This document shows positions 17,026-20,000 of a stretch of 20,000 bases of DNA, in pieces. Location: the IMG/VR virus record IMGVR_UViG_3300025133_000035; one strand, given 5' to 3'. This DNA is from an uncultured virus (IMG/VR IMGVR_UViG_3300025133_000035). Taxonomy: Duplodnaviria > Heunggongvirae > Uroviricota > Caudoviricetes. Under the pieces are notes generated by a model. That model did not search any database. It had not been told where the DNA came from and worked only from the letters and a program-made list of their open reading frames with translations. The translations under genes and the position numbers were made by a program. Each line of letters opens with the position of its first letter. Position 1 is the first letter of the stretch.

Positions 17026-17741
17026 AAATTACAAAAACACAACTTAAACAGATTATTAAAGAAGAGCGGCAAGCGCTCATTAAAGAGAATATCATTTCGG
17101 ATATGGTCGACATCATTAAAGACTCAGGCGAAGACGTTTGGGACTGGATTAAAGATAATGCAGAAGCCGTAAAAGATGGCGCAGCCGGTGCCGGCGAAAT
17201 TGTCACGGACTTTATTGATGATCTTGTACAGGGCACGCTTCAACACGTTGATAGCGCAACCGACGCGTTTGCTGATAAATTTACGCACGGTCACGGAACT
17301 GCCTTTTCGCGTCAAGGCAAGCACGCGAAAAGAGATAGAGATAAGAAGTACGCTGCGGTTGTGGCGTCGAACGAAAAACATAGAGCAGAGACGGCGGCGA
17401 GGACTGCTGCTGCAAAACAGGCGATTATAGATCGGGAACAGGCGGAAGCCGATGACGAGGCGAGGGCACTCCGCAATAAAGAGAATGCAGCAGCCAACCG
17501 GCGTTACGACCTCGAACAACGCACAGCCAACCGGCTAGCAAGACTTAATAAGGCGCCTTCTCGGAAGCGCGGCTACCGACTGCATCCCTCCGAGGACGAA
17601 GAGGAATGGCGCGATTCCGGCGAGGGCAATGTCGGATACTCTCAAAGCCGACACTCCCCCCACCGCGAAGCCCTCGATCGTGATAAGCTTAAGCGCATGA
17701 TCGCTGAGGAATTAAAAGAAATTAGGAAGGATTCAAAATGA
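17022..17741 (+). CDS. Hypothetical protein with leader-like motif at both termini
   Basis: MKITKTQLKQIIKEE at N-terminus, LDRDKLKRMIAEELKEI at C-terminus; Arg/Ala-rich helical middle. Confidence 0.75.
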   Translation: MKITKTQLKQIIKEERQALIKENIISDMVDIIKDSGEDVWDWIKDNAEAVKDGAAGAGEIVTDFIDDLVQGTLQHVDSATDAFADKFTHGHGTAFSRQGKHAKRDRDKKYAAVVASNEKHRAETAARTAAAKQAIIDREQAEADDEARALRNKENAAANRRYDLEQRTANRLARLNKAPSRKRGYRLHPSEDEEEWRDSGEGNVGYSQSRHSPHREALDRDKLKRMIAEELKEIRKDSK

Positions 17742-18649
17742 AACACCAATTGATAATGGAGAATTTCCGGAAGTTTATTCGGGAAGCAGAAGAAGAAGAG
17801 GCAATGGCACGACCGGCGCCAGAAGCTGCACCAGAAGCGCCCCCGGAAGCGGCTCCCGAAGCAGAAGCAGGAGGTACTTGGCCAGCAGATGCGCCAAAGG
17901 ACGTGCCACTTACTGGAAAAGGAATTCCTGATGATGTTATTCGAGAAACGTGGGCACGGCTAGCATCGATGAATCCGCCCAAGAATGCTGAGGAAGAATT
18001 AGCTAGTATTGGCGGGATGGATAAAATGATTGCCAATGTCCGCTTACTTGAGAAGCAATTTGCCGGTGCTGATCAAAACCCGAAACGGATTGAAATGCCC
18101 GTTGTTGATCCCGATAGAGGGGAAGGCGAGTATGGGCAAGTCAGCGATCTAGGGACGGATCTATCTCAAGGTGAACTTGACGTTAAGCCACCCTTTGCTC
18201 CGGACATGGACTCAAAGCCATCAGAAGAAGATTTCCCTAGAGACTTAAACAAAGATCCGGAGGCTGCATCGCAGTGGCTGAGGAAAGGAAAGGCAGACGG
18301 CAATCCCAATGATGACAGCGCGGTGACTCTTAGCCCAACACCTATCGCTGTGAGCAAATCATATCCTACACAAAATGCAGTTTATCTAGACAAGTGTATG
18401 TATAATATTATGAATTTTGGAGGCACCAAGCCCGGCGGAGAAGCTTTCGGGAAACCAAATTTAATTGCTATTCAAGATGGGGATAAAAACTTTATTCTCG
18501 ATGGTCACCACCGGTGGGCGTCGGCATTTGTTTCTGGCGGACCCGGAGCATCGATCCGAGTACAAGCACTTAAAGGCTTAGACGTCGCGACAGCAATTGC
18601 TGCCCTGAGAAGTTATGGTAATGCCAAGGGGAACGCCCAGAAGGGTTAA
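17738..18649 (+). CDS. ParB/Srx-like domain protein with leader motif
   Basis: YPTQ...PNLIAIQDGDKNFILDGHHRWASA; N-terminus MKHQLIMENFRKFIRE then PEAA repeats; SD AAGGA. Confidence 0.7.
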   Translation: MKHQLIMENFRKFIREAEEEEAMARPAPEAAPEAPPEAAPEAEAGGTWPADAPKDVPLTGKGIPDDVIRETWARLASMNPPKNAEEELASIGGMDKMIANVRLLEKQFAGADQNPKRIEMPVVDPDRGEGEYGQVSDLGTDLSQGELDVKPPFAPDMDSKPSEEDFPRDLNKDPEAASQWLRKGKADGNPNDDSAVTLSPTPIAVSKSYPTQNAVYLDKCMYNIMNFGGTKPGGEAFGKPNLIAIQDGDKNFILDGHHRWASAFVSGGPGASIRVQALKGLDVATAIAALRSYGNAKGNAQKG

Positions 18650-18656
18650 AATAACT

Positions 18657-18881
18657 ATGAAAATTACAGAATCACAACTTAAACAGATTATCAAGGAAGA
18701 GCTTGAAGCTGTTTTAAAAGAAGCATGCGGAGATCCGGATGAAGAAGAACTCACCCCAGAACAGATAGCATCTTTGGAAGAGCCTATGGATGCCACTGCT
18801 GATATGAGTGATGATGACGTTCTGAGACTAGCCGCAGCGCTGGCTGCAGAAGCCGCGGAATGGGGCGATGAGGACTGGTAA
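18657..18881 (+). CDS. Small acidic protein with leader motif
   Basis: Start moved to ATG 18657 (MKITESQLKQIIKEEL), after previous stop at 18649. Confidence 0.75.
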   Translation: MKITESQLKQIIKEELEAVLKEACGDPDEEELTPEQIASLEEPMDATADMSDDDVLRLAAALAAEAAEWGDEDW

Positions 18882-18947
18882 TCAGATCTAAGCGTTAACG
18901 CCTTGTAAAACTTTTGTAAAAAGATCGATTTTTCTTTCATTTAGTGC

Positions 18948-18976
18948 TTGACAAGACCTCCGGTTCGTGGTATATT
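18948..18976 (+). promoter_or_regulatory. Sigma70-type promoter with extended -10
   Basis: TTGACA 18948-18953, 17-nt spacer, TGn + TATATT 18971-18976, AT-rich upstream region. Confidence 0.7.
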
Positions 18977-19024
18977 ATAATTACTAAATTACTCTTACTT
19001 GATATTCTAAGTTAAGAAGGAAAT

Positions 19025-19384
19025 ATGAAGACTGGAAAGAATTTATACTATAGTATATCAAATAAGCTTCAGAAAGACAAGAAGATAAATGATGAATTTG
19101 AAATAATGATCAATTCCTTGACACTAGAAGAAGTGATTGCTTTAAAGCTTGAACTCTCTACTAGGTCTCTCAGAGGGAAATACTATGGATTCCCTATCTG
19201 GAAGTCTCTACCAGAACTTACTAGAGACGCAGTATTAAAATATGCTCTCTCAGCCACTCGATCGAAGAAAGAGGCTGCTCGCTTTTTAGGGATATCAATT
19301 TCAGAGCTTAATACAAATCTTAAAAACTATCAAACCGAATCTTTTTTTATCAACCACGGAAAGGAAAATGAAAGTAATGAGTAA
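19025..19384 (+). CDS. Fis-type helix-turn-helix DNA-binding protein
   Basis: VLKYALSATRSKKEAARFLGISISELNTNLKNY matches the Fis/NtrC C-terminal HTH pattern; SD AAGGA. Confidence 0.65.
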   Translation: MKTGKNLYYSISNKLQKDKKINDEFEIMINSLTLEEVIALKLELSTRSLRGKYYGFPIWKSLPELTRDAVLKYALSATRSKKEAARFLGISISELNTNLKNYQTESFFINHGKENESNE

Positions 19385-19405
19385 ACCATATATTTAACTT
19401 TATAT

Positions 19406-19608
19406 GGCTCATCAGAAGGTTTAACAATTTAAAGTGTGTCGGTTCTTTGCCTAAAACGAACCTTACTATTCCAGTTGTAGTTCCAGACCCCTCAGCGCCA
19501 CGCTGAGTTAAACTCCATATGACATTGGAGTATCCATCAGAAGGAATGGTAGTTAAAGATAGGCTGGCAAGCTAGTCGCGAGGAGCGCTAGTGATCTTCT
19601 CTTGAGTT
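19406..19608 (+). ncRNA. Candidate structured non-coding RNA of unknown family
   Basis: Intergenic; 5' and 3' ends complementary; five further internal helices found by eye; TATTTA motif at 19391-19396 just upstream. Confidence 0.45.
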
Positions 19609-19637
19609 TCTATAATATAACAAACAAAGATATATAA

Positions 19638-19865
19638 ATGAGTTGGAAAGTCTGGAAATGGGATGGGCATTATATTCAAGGTGAGCTAATTAGTAGTCAC
19701 ACCACTGAAGCAGCAGCCCTAAAGAAAGCGAAGAAGGTGATCAAACATCACCGTACGGAAAAGAAACAAGAGAAGAACGAGATCACCATTTGGCTTGACG
19801 CGAAAGACGGCACGCCACTTGGTGTGATCACCAAGAAGATAAACAAGAAAACTAAAAAAACTTAA
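19638..19865 (+). CDS. Small basic hypothetical protein
   Basis: 75 aa, Lys-rich; stop 1 nt before tmRNA 5' end. Confidence 0.6.
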   Translation: MSWKVWKWDGHYIQGELISSHTTEAAALKKAKKVIKHHRTEKKQEKNEITIWLDAKDGTPLGVITKKINKKTKKT

Positions 19866-19866
19866 T

Positions 19867-20000
19867 GGGGGCGACCCGGTTTCGACAGGGTAAGAAAGAA
19901 GAAAAGTGCAAGTAGTCAAACGTACCAGCAGACTTTAAATGCAGATACAAAACATAATTGCTAATAACAATAACCACTTCGATTCTGTACGCCTAGCGGC
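19867..20000 (+). ncRNA. ssrA: tmRNA (5' part; truncated by window end)
   Basis: 5' end GGGGGCGACCCGGTTTCGAC typical of the tmRNA tRNA-like domain; ATAATT then resume codon GCT at 19960; tag frame reads ANNNNHFDSVRLAA up to window edge. Confidence 0.92.

Noticed and set aside
3205..17430. Short alternate-frame + strand ORFs (e.g. 3205, 5487, 6758, 7037, 11300, 13399, 14521, 17176)
   Set aside because: Fully nested out of frame within long genes, no convincing RBS or motif
18882..18947. Rho-independent terminator after the putative late cluster
   Set aside because: Only a weak AT-rich inverted repeat around ATCGAT; no GC-rich stem followed by a U-tract
19404..19424. Mini-ORF MAHQKV after the TATTTA motif
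   Set aside because: Six codons, no SD; better explained as the 5' strand of the RNA candidate, though a leader peptide cannot be excluded
19611..19616. TATAAT as sigma70 promoter for ORF 19638 and tmRNA
   Set aside because: No credible -35 at 17 nt (CTAGTG) and no TGn extension; AT-rich context makes a chance match likely
245..19919. Minus-strand ORFs in the six-frame track (e.g. 245-619, 3131-3586, 10665-11054, 12777-13136, 17124-17519)
   Set aside because: All lie antisense to better-supported + strand genes; Ser/Phe-rich shadows of acidic codons with no recognisable motifs
19867..19945. tRNA-Ala gene
   Set aside because: No anticodon/T-arm cloverleaf follows; the downstream tag reading frame identifies it as tmRNA
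1..20000. Stop-codon reassignment as seen in some large phages
   Set aside because: Coding density is already high under code 11, and TAA, TAG and TGA all end genes at boundaries abutting the next start

Overview
Densely packed, essentially single-stranded (+) gene block that reads as part of a large tailed-phage (jumbo/T4-like myovirus-style) genome rather than a cellular chromosome; this is inferred, since no capsid, terminase or portal gene lies in the window. Recognisable genes: a secreted trypsin-like serine protease, a vWA-domain lipoprotein, a YkuK-family RNase H-like protein, a YqiA-like alpha/beta hydrolase, a VOC/glyoxalase protein, a HExxH metallopeptidase-like protein, an 832-aa fusion of a ligase-like (KxDG) domain with a HxGH nucleotidyltransferase, a ParB/Srx-like protein, a Fis-type HTH protein, and the 5' part of a tmRNA gene (tag ANNNNHFDSVRLAA) running off the right edge. 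Most notable patterns: (i) about a dozen otherwise dissimilar, mostly acidic proteins share an amphipathic 'MKITxxQLKQIIKEE'-type leader (candidate capsid-targeting/processing tag); (ii) a recurring (A)CTATTTA promoter-like motif, often only 4-7 nt before a start codon; (iii) an internal promoter+RBS+ATG inside the HExxH gene, resembling nested protease/scaffold genes; (iv) an unassigned, apparently structured ~200-nt intergenic RNA candidate upstream of the tmRNA; (v) six small paralogous SH3/KOW-like ORFs; (vi) a palindrome-rich non-coding stretch at the left edge. All family calls come from motifs read by eye; no database search was run.
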